DNA from: Sphingomonas bacterium
GTDB taxonomy: Bacteria > Pseudomonadota > Alphaproteobacteria > Sphingomonadales > Sphingomonadaceae
DNA: 64,000 nucleotides
NCBI GenBank assembly: GCA_047602705.1
Contig: JASGGR010000002.1
Span: forward strand, 1,908-65,907
Direction of reading: 5' to 3'
Part shown: piece after piece, positions 29,529 to 39,145 of the stretch
Layout: each line of letters opens with the position of its first letter
Position numbering within the stretch: position 1 is the first letter of the stretch
Notes under the pieces: model-generated
Databases searched by the model: none
What the model was told of the DNA's origin: nothing
The model's input: the letters and a program-made list of their open reading frames with translations, nothing else
Position numbers and translations under genes: made by a program

Positions 29529-31214
29529 ATGGGGTGGGACAAGGAAGTCGACGTTCTGGTCGTCGGGTCCGGCGCTGGCGGGCTGCTTTCCGCATTGGTC
29601 GCGGCGAACGCCCATGCCGACGTGCTGGTGATCGAGAAGGAGAAATTGTGGGGCGGCACCTCCGCCACCTCCGGCGCGGGCATCTGGATTCCCGCGAGCG
29701 ATCAGGCGGCGGCGGCCGGCTTCCATGACAAGGTGGAGGACGCCTTCACCTATGTCCGCGCGCTTTCGGCGGAGAATGTGCCGGATGCGAACATCCGCGC
29801 CTATGTCGCCAATGCCGCGCCGATGCTGCGCTGGCTGACGCAGCATACGCCGATCGACTATCACGCCTTCCCCTACCCCGATTACCACGCCGAGAACCCC
29901 GGCGGCAGCCCGACCGGCTATCGCACGCACATGCCGCTGCCGATCGACGGGCGGCAGCTCGGCCGAGACGTGGAGACGTTGCGCTTCGCCTCCCCCGCTG
30001 CGAGCCTGTTCGGCTATCTCAACTGGCATTTCGACGAAACCTATATGCTGCTGTTCCGCGCCAAGGGCTGGCAGACGCATCTCGCGAAATCGCTGGCGCG
30101 TTACTGGTTCGATCTCCCCTTCCGCCTGCGGTCGCGCAAGGACCGGCGGCTGACCTTGGGCAATGCACTGCTCGGCGGCCTGCGCATCGCGCTCAACAGG
30201 CAGGGCGTACCGTTCTGGCTGGAGACGCCGATGCGGGAGCTGGTCGAGGAGGACGGGCGCATCGCCGGCGCGGTCGTGCAGCATCAGGGGCGCACGATGC
30301 GCATCCGCGCGCGGCGCGGCGTGGTGCTGGCGGCGGGCGGGTTCGACAAGAACCAGGCGATGCGCGACGCCTATGCGGCGAGCTATCCGCGCGCGCTCTA
30401 CAGCGGCGGCACCTCGGGCAATACCGGCGATTCGATCCGCGCCGGCATGGCGGTCGGCGCGGCGACGATGAACATGCAGTCCGCCTGGGCCGCGCCGGTG
30501 TTCTACGTGCCGGGCGAGGATCGCGGGCGGCTCTGCACGATCGAGCGCGCGCTGCCGGGCTGCATCATGGTCAACCAGTCGGGCGCGCGTTATCTCAACG
30601 AGGCGGCGTCCTATCACATCGTCGGCCAGCAGATGGCGGCGCGGCAACGCGGGCATGGCGACGCCGATCCGAGCTGGATGATCTTCGACCACAAATTCCG
30701 CCACAGATATCCGATGGGGCCGCTGCTGCCTTTGGTGCCGGATGCGCTCCAGTCGAAGGGCGTGCGCAAGATCCTGCGCAAGGGCCGCACGATCGAGGCG
30801 CTCGCCGCGAAGATAGGCGCGGACCCGGCGACGCTCGCCGCCACCGTCGCCCGCTTCAACGCCGGTGCGGCGAAGGGCGAGGACCCCGATTTCCATCGCG
30901 GCGAGGCGGCCTATGACAAGATGTACGGCGATCCGCGCGTCACGCCCAACCCCTCGCTGGCGCCGATCGCGAAGGGGCCGTTCTACGCCATGCCGATCCA
31001 CCCCGGCGACATCGGCACCAACGGCGGCCTCGTCACCGACGAGCGCGCGCGGGTGATCGACGGCGAGGGCAAGCCGATCGCCGGCCTCTATGCGGTGGGC
31101 AACAACGCCGCCTCCGCGATGGGCGAGAGCTATCCGGGCGCGGGCGTCACGATCGGCCCGGCGCTGACCTTCGGCTATCTCGCCGCGCGCGACATGACCG
31201 GCACGAACGAGTGA
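29529..31214 (+). CDS. kstD: 3-ketosteroid Delta1-dehydrogenase
   Basis: VVGSGAGG, GGTSATSGAGIWIP, YPDY, GDIGTNGG, YPGAGVTIG. Confidence 0.85.
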   Translation: MGWDKEVDVLVVGSGAGGLLSALVAANAHADVLVIEKEKLWGGTSATSGAGIWIPASDQAAAAGFHDKVEDAFTYVRALSAENVPDANIRAYVANAAPMLRWLTQHTPIDYHAFPYPDYHAENPGGSPTGYRTHMPLPIDGRQLGRDVETLRFASPAASLFGYLNWHFDETYMLLFRAKGWQTHLAKSLARYWFDLPFRLRSRKDRRLTLGNALLGGLRIALNRQGVPFWLETPMRELVEEDGRIAGAVVQHQGRTMRIRARRGVVLAAGGFDKNQAMRDAYAASYPRALYSGGTSGNTGDSIRAGMAVGAATMNMQSAWAAPVFYVPGEDRGRLCTIERALPGCIMVNQSGARYLNEAASYHIVGQQMAARQRGHGDADPSWMIFDHKFRHRYPMGPLLPLVPDALQSKGVRKILRKGRTIEALAAKIGADPATLAATVARFNAGAAKGEDPDFHRGEAAYDKMYGDPRVTPNPSLAPIAKGPFYAMPIHPGDIGTNGGLVTDERARVIDGEGKPIAGLYAVGNNAASAMGESYPGAGVTIGPALTFGYLAARDMTGTNE

Positions 31215-31225
31215 GAATATCCGAT

Positions 31226-32029
31226 ATGGCGGGACGGCTTGAAGGACGCGGCGCGATCGTCACCGGCGCGGGGCGCGGCATCGGCCGCGCGATCGTCGAG
31301 CGGCTTACGGCGGAGGGCGCGAAGGTCGCGGCGCTCGACCTCAGGATCGAGGATACCCCCGGCGCGCTCGCGATCCGCTGCGACGTGAGCGACAGCGCCT
31401 CGGTCGCCGCCGCCGTGCGGGAAGCGCGCGCGGCGTTCGGGCGGCTCGATATCGCGGTGAGCAACGCCGGGATCGGCGCCGCGCCCGGCGACGGCAGCGA
31501 GCAATTCTACGCCGGCATGGGCGAGCGCAACGCGCAGATCGCGGCGGGCGAGGCACCCACCGCCTTTGCCGACCAGCTCATCCATATGGAGGACGCCGGC
31601 TGGCGCGGGGTGATGGCGGTCAACCTGGACGGCGCGTTCTTCCTCGCGCGCGAGTTCGTCCGCGTGCTGGCGGAGGACGGGACCGGCGGGACGATCGTCA
31701 ACATCAGCTCCACCAGTGCGCAATCGGGCGAGGGCTCACCGCATTATGTCGCGTCCAAGGCGGCGGTGATCGGGCTGACCCGGCAGCTCGCAAGGGAGCT
31801 TGCGCCGCGCGGCATCCGCGTCAATGCCGTCGCGCCGGGGCCGACCGACACGCCGATCATGCAGGGCATACCGGCGGAGTGGATCACCTCGATGGAGGCC
31901 GCCGTGCCGCTCGGCCGCCTCGCACGGCCGGAGGAGATCGCGGCGGCGGTCGCCTATCTCGCCAGCGACGACGCCAGCTTCACCACCGGATCGGTGATGG
32001 TCGCGAACGGCGGCAGCTACTTCTTCTAG
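31226..32029 (+). CDS. SDR oxidoreductase
   Basis: TGAGRGIG, SNAG, YVASK. Confidence 0.9.
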   Translation: MAGRLEGRGAIVTGAGRGIGRAIVERLTAEGAKVAALDLRIEDTPGALAIRCDVSDSASVAAAVREARAAFGRLDIAVSNAGIGAAPGDGSEQFYAGMGERNAQIAAGEAPTAFADQLIHMEDAGWRGVMAVNLDGAFFLAREFVRVLAEDGTGGTIVNISSTSAQSGEGSPHYVASKAAVIGLTRQLARELAPRGIRVNAVAPGPTDTPIMQGIPAEWITSMEAAVPLGRLARPEEIAAAVAYLASDDASFTTGSVMVANGGSYFF

Positions 32030-32071
32030 GACGGCGCGACGTTCAGCTCAGCGGGGCTGTTTGTCATTTTC

Positions 32072-32157
32072 CCGTCATGCCGGGCTTGACCCGGCATCCA
32101 GAGCCATAGGCTGCATCGCTCGCGACTCTGGATGCCGGGTCAAGCCCGGCATGACGG
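32072..32157. repeat. REP-like composite palindrome
   Basis: Perfect 32-bp inverted repeat (32072-32103 / 32126-32157); each arm holds its own ATGCCGGG-N5-CCCGGCAT hairpin; lies between convergent genes. Confidence 0.85.
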
Positions 32158-32204
32158 CGGAGGAAACGCAGGGAAACCTGAATGTCGCGCCGCCCTATCC
32201 TTCC

Positions 32205-33209
32205 TCAGGCAGCGGCATACCAGCTTACGCCGTCCCGCATCTCGCGGGTTGCGCGGCCGTCCAGTTCCAGCCGGCGCAGGTGCGACAGTGTCTCGCCGGT
32301 CGCCATGCCGAGCATCTCCGACACGATCGCGCGGCGGAACAATGCGGGGAAGCAATCGACCACCCGGCGCGGCGCGGCGAGCAGCGCGTGGAGCCGTTCC
32401 AGCCGCCGCTGATAGGTCGCGGCCATCGCGTCGAGCCGCGCGTGCAGCCCATGGAACGGCTCGCCATGCCCCGGCAGCACCAGCAGGTCGTCATCGAGCA
32501 GCCGCATCTTCGCGATCGAGGCGAGCCAGTCGCCCAGCGGATCACCCTCCGGCTCGGCCAAGGTGACCGACACGTTGGGGCTGACCCCCGGCAACACCTG
32601 ATCGCCCGCGATCAGCACTCCACCGCGCTCATCGAGCAGGCAGGCGTGCTCGGGGCTGTGCCCGCTGCCGATCACGACGCGCCATTCCGTACCGCCCAGC
32701 GCCAGCCGGTCGCCGTCGGCGATACGGCGGAAGCTTTGCGGCGGCGCGCCGACCAGTTGCGCATAGCCGCGCCACCCGCGGATCGCCTGCGCGATCTGCC
32801 CATCGTCCCAGCCCGCCGCGCGCCAATAATCGTGGATATCCTCCGGCACGCCGTCCGCGCCCGAGGCGAAGCGGTGCAGTTCCAGCCACTCCACCCGCGT
32901 CATCACCAGCGGCGCGCGATGCTCGCGGCACAGCCAGCCTGCCGACCCGCTGTGATCGGGGTGGTAATGCGTGCAGACCACTTGCGTCACCCGCTCCCCC
33001 GCGAGCGCCGCCGCCCAGCCGCCGCGCGTGGCGTCGTCGTTATAGCCGGTATCGACGATCGCAACGCCGCCGTCGTCATCGACCAGCCAGCAGTTCACGT
33101 CGCCCAGCGGGCCGGGAACGGGCACGCTGCGCCAGCGGATGCCGGGCGCGACCGTCACCATCTCATGCGGCGCGGGCGTGCGGCCCGCGAAAGACTGATG
33201 GAGCGCCAT
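32205..33209 (-). CDS. MBL-fold metallo-hydrolase
   Basis: IVDTG, THYHPDHSG, GHSPEH, IAGDQ, LPGHG. Confidence 0.9.
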   Translation of the reverse strand: MALHQSFAGRTPAPHEMVTVAPGIRWRSVPVPGPLGDVNCWLVDDDGGVAIVDTGYNDDATRGGWAAALAGERVTQVVCTHYHPDHSGSAGWLCREHRAPLVMTRVEWLELHRFASGADGVPEDIHDYWRAAGWDDGQIAQAIRGWRGYAQLVGAPPQSFRRIADGDRLALGGTEWRVVIGSGHSPEHACLLDERGGVLIAGDQVLPGVSPNVSVTLAEPEGDPLGDWLASIAKMRLLDDDLLVLPGHGEPFHGLHARLDAMAATYQRRLERLHALLAAPRRVVDCFPALFRRAIVSEMLGMATGETLSHLRRLELDGRATREMRDGVSWYAAA

Positions 33210-35365
33210 CAGCCGACCAGTGCGGCAGCCGGCTGCGACGAGAGGATCGCCTCCACCGCTTCCGCCGCGCCGCGCATCGCGCCCTCGATATAGGAGACGC
33301 CGGTGCAGTCGCCGATCGCGTGGACGGCGAAGCCCTCGCCACGCAGCGCATCGGCCAGCGCCTCGTCCCCGGTCGCGCCCTTGGCGACGATGACGTGATC
33401 GGCGCGGGGCCTGCGCGCCTCGCCGCCGGCGTCGGTGAAGGATACGAAGCCCGGCTCAATCCGGATATCCGACGCGGAGGGGAACATCGCCACATCATGC
33501 TCGCGCAGCTCGTCGAGCAACCGCATCCGCCGCACCACCGTCAGCCCGGCGCCGAAGCGCGGCGCTTCGTCCACCACCGTCACCGTGCGGCCGCGCTCCA
33601 GCAGGAACTCGGCCAGCTCAAGCCCGACCAGCTCGCCGCCGACGATCACGACATGATCGCCCAACGGCATCCACTGATGCGTCGCCTTGCGCACGAAATC
33701 GAGGTTGGCGGTGAGGCCGGTCGCCGCGCCCAGCTTGGTCGCGAGGCGGGTGGCGAGGCTGGTCTTGCGCTTCAGCTCCCCGGAGCTTTCGCCGAGCATC
33801 ATCTTGCGCATGTCGTCGCCGGAGAAGACGTTGGGCAGGTCGCCGCCGGGGATCGGCGGCATCCCGCGCCGCGCGCCGGTCGCGACGATCACCGCATCCG
33901 GGTTCAGCGAGCGCAGCAGTTCGGGCGTCGCGGGCGTGTTGAGCCGCACCTCCGCGCCCGACGCCGCCACTTCCCGCCGCAGCCAGTCGAGCAGCCGCTC
34001 ATTGGCCGGATAGGCGAGCGAGGCGAAGCGCAACGTGCCGCCGAGCCGCGCGCCGGCTTCCAGCAGGATCACCTCCTGCCCCTGCTCGCGCAGCCGCCGC
34101 GCCGATTCCATCCCCGCCGGGCCGCCGCCGATCACCACCACGCGCTTCGGCGGCGCGGCGGGGATGTCATGGCGGAGATATTCGAACCCCGTTTCCGGGT
34201 TCACCGCGCAGCGCAGCGGATCGCAGACGTAGATCGCGCTGATGCAGGTGTAGCAATAGATGCACGGCCGCACGTCGTCCGGCCGCCCCGCCGCCAGCTT
34301 GTTCGGCAGGTGCGGATCGGCGAGCAACTTGCGCCCCATCGACACGAAATCGAGCGAGCCGTCCGCGATCGCTGCGTCGCCCACCTCCGGCTCGATCCGT
34401 CCCGAAGCGATGATCGGCACCTTCACCGCCGCCTTGATCCGCCGCGCGAAAGGGATGTTCAGCCCCGGCTCGTGCGGGGTGTGCGATCCGCTGTGCAGCT
34501 TCGGCTGGCCGACATCGTGATAGGCGGTGACGGTGATCGCATCGACCCCGGCCGCCTCAACCATCCGCGCCGTCTCGATCGCATCCTCGATCGTGATGCC
34601 GCCTTCCTTGCCAACCTCGCGCGAATCGAGCTTGCACCAGATGGGGAAATCCGGCCCGACCGCCGCGCGCACCGCCGCGATCACCTCCAGCAGGAAGCGC
34701 ACGCGGTTCTCCAGCGGGCCGCCATATTCGTCGGTGCGCTTGTTCGATTTGGGCGAGATGAAGGAGGAGAGGAGGTAGCCGTGACCGCCATGGATCTCCA
34801 CGCCGTCGAAGCCCGCGCGCTTCGCTCGGTCCGCGGCGGCCGCGAACTGGCCGACGACGAGGCGGATGTCCTCCACCGTCATCACCTTGAGCTCGACGCC
34901 CCTGATGCGCCCGAACGGCGCGCGCATGATCTCTTCCATCAGGAAGGCGGCGGTGAAATCGCCGCCCCGCGCGTCGGGGATCGAGGGCGTCCAGATCGGC
35001 CGCCCGGCGAGCAGATCCTCCATCGCCGCCGTGCCGCCGTGATGGAGCTGCGGCACGATCTTCGCGCCATGCGCGTGCACCGCATCGACCAGAGCGGTGA
35101 GGCCGGGCAGGAAGCGATCGTCGGAAATCGCGATCTGCCCCTCCTGATTGGCGCCGACCGGCCATGCCACCCCCGCCACCCCGGTGATGATGAGTCCGAC
35201 GCCGCCACGCGCCTGCTCCGCGTGATAGGCGATGATGCGATCGCCGCACTGGCCGTCCTGCTCGGCGAGGCTTGCGCCCATTGCGGTGACGGCGATGCGG
35301 TTGCGCGTTTCCATCCGCCCGATGCGGCCGGGGGAAAGCAGATGCGGGAATGTCCTGACGGTCAT
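33209..35365 (-). CDS. two-domain OYE/FAD oxidoreductase (BaiCD/BaiH/FadH-like; 5beta-Delta4-ketosteroid dehydrogenase candidate)
   Basis: DGVEIHGGHGYLL, RTDEYGG, CIYCYTC...C Fe-S motif, IGGGPAG. Confidence 0.87.
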   Translation of the reverse strand: MTVRTFPHLLSPGRIGRMETRNRIAVTAMGASLAEQDGQCGDRIIAYHAEQARGGVGLIITGVAGVAWPVGANQEGQIAISDDRFLPGLTALVDAVHAHGAKIVPQLHHGGTAAMEDLLAGRPIWTPSIPDARGGDFTAAFLMEEIMRAPFGRIRGVELKVMTVEDIRLVVGQFAAAADRAKRAGFDGVEIHGGHGYLLSSFISPKSNKRTDEYGGPLENRVRFLLEVIAAVRAAVGPDFPIWCKLDSREVGKEGGITIEDAIETARMVEAAGVDAITVTAYHDVGQPKLHSGSHTPHEPGLNIPFARRIKAAVKVPIIASGRIEPEVGDAAIADGSLDFVSMGRKLLADPHLPNKLAAGRPDDVRPCIYCYTCISAIYVCDPLRCAVNPETGFEYLRHDIPAAPPKRVVVIGGGPAGMESARRLREQGQEVILLEAGARLGGTLRFASLAYPANERLLDWLRREVAASGAEVRLNTPATPELLRSLNPDAVIVATGARRGMPPIPGGDLPNVFSGDDMRKMMLGESSGELKRKTSLATRLATKLGAATGLTANLDFVRKATHQWMPLGDHVVIVGGELVGLELAEFLLERGRTVTVVDEAPRFGAGLTVVRRMRLLDELREHDVAMFPSASDIRIEPGFVSFTDAGGEARRPRADHVIVAKGATGDEALADALRGEGFAVHAIGDCTGVSYIEGAMRGAAEAVEAILSSQPAAALVG

Positions 35366-35381
35366 GGCGTTTCCTGTCCTC

Positions 35382-36023
35382 TCAATCCGCACGCACCTTC
35401 ACGCGCGGCGCGGCCTGACCCCGGCGCATGGCGTTGAGGAAGCCCTCCAGCGGCGCAGGCTCGGCGACCGGGCTGCCATGGTCCCCCTCGCGCGCCCAAT
35501 ATTCGTCATAGCTCGGAAAGAGCTTGTGGAAATTGCCCTCGACCCATTCCGTCCCCGGCCAGCGCATCTTGTTCGCCCCGATCGGCGGCTTGTTGAGATC
35601 GGTCGCGTACCAGTAGAGCGGCAACCGCCGCGCGAAATACCAGCGCCCCTCAGCCCGGACGTAATCGTCGACATACATCATCTGCATGATGACCCATTCG
35701 TCGCCGGTCTCATGCTCGTTCTTCGAATAGACCACGCCATGCGCGTGATCGGCATCGTCGAACTCGATGACATGCCCGCCGATATGATGCGACGTGCCGG
35801 TGAAGGGCGAGCGCAGGGTGCGGTCCATATAGGCGCGCAGCGCGGCGCGCCCGCTCGCCTCCTTGCCGACGCGCACGTCCGCCGGGAACAGCGAGACCAT
35901 CGCGTCCATGTCGCGCATGTCGAGCGCCAGCGCATATTTGGCGGGGAGCTGGCGAATCTGGTCGAGCGATTCGAGCCGGTCGATGCGCGCTTCGAGATTC
36001 GACAAGGCCGATTTCCTCTCCAT
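35382..36023 (-). CDS. NTF2/SnoaL-fold protein (BaiE/Hsh2-like hydroxysteroid dehydratase candidate)
   Basis: RIDRLESLDQIRQLPAKYALALD, TSHH, YVDDYVR, WYFARR. Confidence 0.75.
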   Translation of the reverse strand: MERKSALSNLEARIDRLESLDQIRQLPAKYALALDMRDMDAMVSLFPADVRVGKEASGRAALRAYMDRTLRSPFTGTSHHIGGHVIEFDDADHAHGVVYSKNEHETGDEWVIMQMMYVDDYVRAEGRWYFARRLPLYWYATDLNKPPIGANKMRWPGTEWVEGNFHKLFPSYDEYWAREGDHGSPVAEPAPLEGFLNAMRRGQAAPRVKVRAD

Positions 36024-36076
36024 CTCGCGACGATAACGCGCATATTAGCGATAATATTCGCATATTTCTCTATCAA

Positions 36077-36107
36077 TGCGTAGAATAATGCAGATATATA
36101 CTACGCA
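36077..36107. promoter_or_regulatory. CGTA-N19-TACG dyad, site 5 (divergent NTF2 / SDR promoter)
   Basis: TGCGTAG-N17-CTACGCA followed by AATC. Confidence 0.68.
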
Positions 36108-36127
36108 AATCAAGATCGGAGGGGCGG

Positions 36128-36868
36128 ATGCGTCTCACGGGCAGGAAGGTGCTGGTCACCGGCGCGGCATCGGGGATCGGGCGGGCGACGGCGCTGCGCC
36201 TCGCGGCCGAGGGCGCGGAACTGACATTGGGCGACCTCAACGAAGCAGGTCTCGCGGAAACCGTCGCCGCGATCGGCCGGCCGGTGCGCGTCCAGCGTTA
36301 TGACGCGACCGATACCCCTTCCTGCCATGCGCTGGTCGCGGCAGCGTCCGAAAACGGGCTGGACGTGCTGTGCAACATCGGCGGGATGCTCGACTGGGGG
36401 CCGACGATCGATTTCGACGAAGCGCGGTTCGAGCGCGTACTGCGCGTCAACCTGTTCAGCGTCTATGCCCTGTGCCGCGCGGCGCTGCCGCACCTCGTCC
36501 GCTCGAAGGGGAATATCGTCAACATGGCGTCGGCCGCCGGGCTTTCCGGCGTCCCCTTCACCCTCGCTTATGCCGCGTCGAAGCATGGCGTGGTGGGGAT
36601 CACCAGGTCGCTGGCGGTGGAGTTCGCCAGCCGGGGCGTGCGCGTCAACGCGATCTGCCCCGGCCAGGTCAACACCGCCATGACGCGTACCCCGCCGCCG
36701 CAAGGCGATATCGACTGGCCGCTGATGATGCGCAACGCCCCCAAGCTGGAGGGCGGCGGAGCGGAGCCGGAGGATATCGCCGCCGCGGTCGCCTTCCTCG
36801 CCTCGGACGACGCGCGAAAGGTCAGCGGGGCGACGCTCGCGGTGGATTGCGCGCAACTCGCTGGCTAG
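36128..36868 (+). CDS. SDR oxidoreductase
   Basis: TGAASGIG, YAASK. Confidence 0.92.
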   Translation: MRLTGRKVLVTGAASGIGRATALRLAAEGAELTLGDLNEAGLAETVAAIGRPVRVQRYDATDTPSCHALVAAASENGLDVLCNIGGMLDWGPTIDFDEARFERVLRVNLFSVYALCRAALPHLVRSKGNIVNMASAAGLSGVPFTLAYAASKHGVVGITRSLAVEFASRGVRVNAICPGQVNTAMTRTPPPQGDIDWPLMMRNAPKLEGGGAEPEDIAAAVAFLASDDARKVSGATLAVDCAQLAG

Positions 36869-38322
36869 CCGACCGCCGCGCGCCCTGCCCGGCGTCCGAA
36901 GAAGGTGCAATCGGCGAGACTCAGCCCCGAGCTGTAGCCGTGCCCCCAAGCCGGTAGCCCCGAGGTGCAGCGCCCGGCGGCGAACAACCCCGGAATCGCC
37001 TGCCCGCCGCGATCGAGCACCGCGCCGTCGATCGAAGTGCGCAAGCCACCGAGCGTGAAGTGCGAGAAATAGCTCGACTGGAAGTTCAGCTCCAGCGCGA
37101 CGAACGGCCCCTGATCCAGCGGCGTCAGGATCGGCGTCTGCTTGTCGAACAGCGGATCGCGCCCGTCGCGCGCATGGCGGTTATAGAAGGCCATCGTCGC
37201 GGCGAGCGTGCCCTCCGGCATCTCCAGCTCGCGCTCCACCTCCTCCCATGTCTCACCGGTCGCAGCGATGGACATGCGGGCGAATTCGGCCGGCCGATCG
37301 AAATGCGCGCTGTCGAGCAGCAGATAGACGCGGTCGCCCGGCTGGTCGACCATGAAGCGGCTGACGCGGCCGTGATAGCAATCCTCGTTGATGAAGCGCT
37401 GGCCGTGGATGTTGACGAACACGCCATAAGCATGCGGCTCCGGCATCGTCCACGGGCACGTCACGAAGAACTGGTCCATGCGGATCGCGTCGCCGCCCGC
37501 CGCCATGCCGAGGTTGATGCCGGAGCCGTCGTCCTTGTCGCCGATCGGGTCGGCGATCTTCGCGGTGAGCGGGGCGTAACGCCTGAGCATGTCCGGGTTG
37601 AGCACGAAGCCGCCGGTTGCCAGCACCACGCCCTTGCGCGCGCGGATGAAGCGCGGGCGGTTGTCGATCCGTATCACCGCGCCCGCCACCCGATCGCCGT
37701 CCCGCACCAGCGCCAGCGCGCGGGCGTCGGTGACGATCGTCACGCCGAGCGCGCGGACCCGCGCCTCCAGCACATCGACCAATTTGCGCCCGCCACCCCA
37801 GCCGTCGAACTGGATCACATGCCCGCGCGGCGCGGGTTTCGCCTTATGGCAGAATGGCGCGGCCGCCTCGCTGCCGGACCAGATGAGGGTGTCGTCGGTC
37901 TCGGGCTCGATCAGCTTTCCAGGGAGGTAGGTGCCCTTGTACGGCACGCCCTGCGCCTTCAGCCACTCGTAATGATCGAGCGCACCAGCGGCATAGGCAT
38001 CGCATTTCGCCTCGTCGGCGCAGGGTCCGCCCGCCATCTTGAGATAGGTCGCGAAATTCCCGGTGGCATCGTCGAACCCGTTGGCGCGCTGGACGTCGGT
38101 GCCCCCGCCGCCACCGATATAGATCTCCCCGCCCGACAGGCCGGATGCGCCGCCGCTGCCCGAATTGCGCTCGAACAGCATCACCGACGCGCCCGCCTCC
38201 GCCGCGCCGATCGCCGCGCACGCGCCCGCCGCGCCGAAGCCGATGACGATCACATCGGCCTCATCGTCCCATTGCGGCACCTCTGCCGCGGGGACCGTGC
38301 GGTGCAGCGAGAATTCAGCCAT
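36865..38322 (-). CDS. 3-ketosteroid Delta4(5alpha)-dehydrogenase-like flavoprotein (TesI/Kst4D type)
   Basis: IGFGAAG, GGASGLSGGEIYIGGG, FTLGGL, YSSGLSLAD. Confidence 0.8.
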   Translation of the reverse strand: MAEFSLHRTVPAAEVPQWDDEADVIVIGFGAAGACAAIGAAEAGASVMLFERNSGSGGASGLSGGEIYIGGGGGTDVQRANGFDDATGNFATYLKMAGGPCADEAKCDAYAAGALDHYEWLKAQGVPYKGTYLPGKLIEPETDDTLIWSGSEAAAPFCHKAKPAPRGHVIQFDGWGGGRKLVDVLEARVRALGVTIVTDARALALVRDGDRVAGAVIRIDNRPRFIRARKGVVLATGGFVLNPDMLRRYAPLTAKIADPIGDKDDGSGINLGMAAGGDAIRMDQFFVTCPWTMPEPHAYGVFVNIHGQRFINEDCYHGRVSRFMVDQPGDRVYLLLDSAHFDRPAEFARMSIAATGETWEEVERELEMPEGTLAATMAFYNRHARDGRDPLFDKQTPILTPLDQGPFVALELNFQSSYFSHFTLGGLRTSIDGAVLDRGGQAIPGLFAAGRCTSGLPAWGHGYSSGLSLADCTFFGRRAGRAAVG

Positions 38323-39145
38323 GAAACATCTCTCCCGATGCGGCGCGTGCCGCCTCCACCGCGCTGCGCGCGCGATCGAGCATCGAAATCCCCGCATCGA
38401 GCGCGGACCGGCGCGGCACCTCCACGCTCACCGGGCAATCCGGCGCGAGCGCGGCGACGAACCCGGCGATGTCGAACGCCCCCTCGCCCGGAAGCCGGCG
38501 CTCGCTCCCCGCTTCCCATTCGAGCCGGTCGGGCGCGATGGCGAGCGGACCGTCGCTCACCTGCGCGATGCGGATGCGCGGATCGGCGAGCAGCGGGAGC
38601 GCGCCCGGCATCTCTCCGGCGCGATGGAGGTGGAGCAGGTCCAGCGTCACGCCGATATCATCGCGCCCCGTTGCCCCGACCAGCGCCAGCGCCTCACGCA
38701 GCGAGCGCACCTGCGACGGGGGATAGAACTCCACCGCGAGCGCGATGCCATATCCCCCTGCCAGCTCCGCCAGCGCCGCCAGCCTTTCCACCCGCCGCGC
38801 CGGATCGCGATCGTAGCACAGCACGTTGGCGAGCCGCCCGCCGAGCCACGCCGCCGTCTCCAGCGCCGGCTCGAACGCGGCGATATCGGTGCGCCCGGCC
38901 AGCGTGAAGGGATAAACCAGATCGAGCGTCACGCCGCCCGCGCGCATCGCATCGCGGGTGGCGCGGCGTTCGGGCGTGTCCCCGATCAGCGCGAAATCCG
39001 GCATGGCGGGCAGCACCGTCATCGGATGCAGGAACAGGCCCATGCCCGCACACCCCGTCTCACCCGCGAGGTCTGCAAGCTGCGACGGCGTGGCATCGAC
39101 GACCGTGATATGATCGAGCGACAGCGGGCGCACGGCCGCCGTCAT
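38315..39145 (-). CDS. sugar-phosphate isomerase/epimerase-like TIM-barrel protein
   Basis: LAVEF, LDLLH, QVSDG, RRLPGEG, SVEVP. Confidence 0.78.
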   Translation of the reverse strand: MTAAVRPLSLDHITVVDATPSQLADLAGETGCAGMGLFLHPMTVLPAMPDFALIGDTPERRATRDAMRAGGVTLDLVYPFTLAGRTDIAAFEPALETAAWLGGRLANVLCYDRDPARRVERLAALAELAGGYGIALAVEFYPPSQVRSLREALALVGATGRDDIGVTLDLLHLHRAGEMPGALPLLADPRIRIAQVSDGPLAIAPDRLEWEAGSERRLPGEGAFDIAGFVAALAPDCPVSVEVPRRSALDAGISMLDRARSAVEAARAASGEMFHG

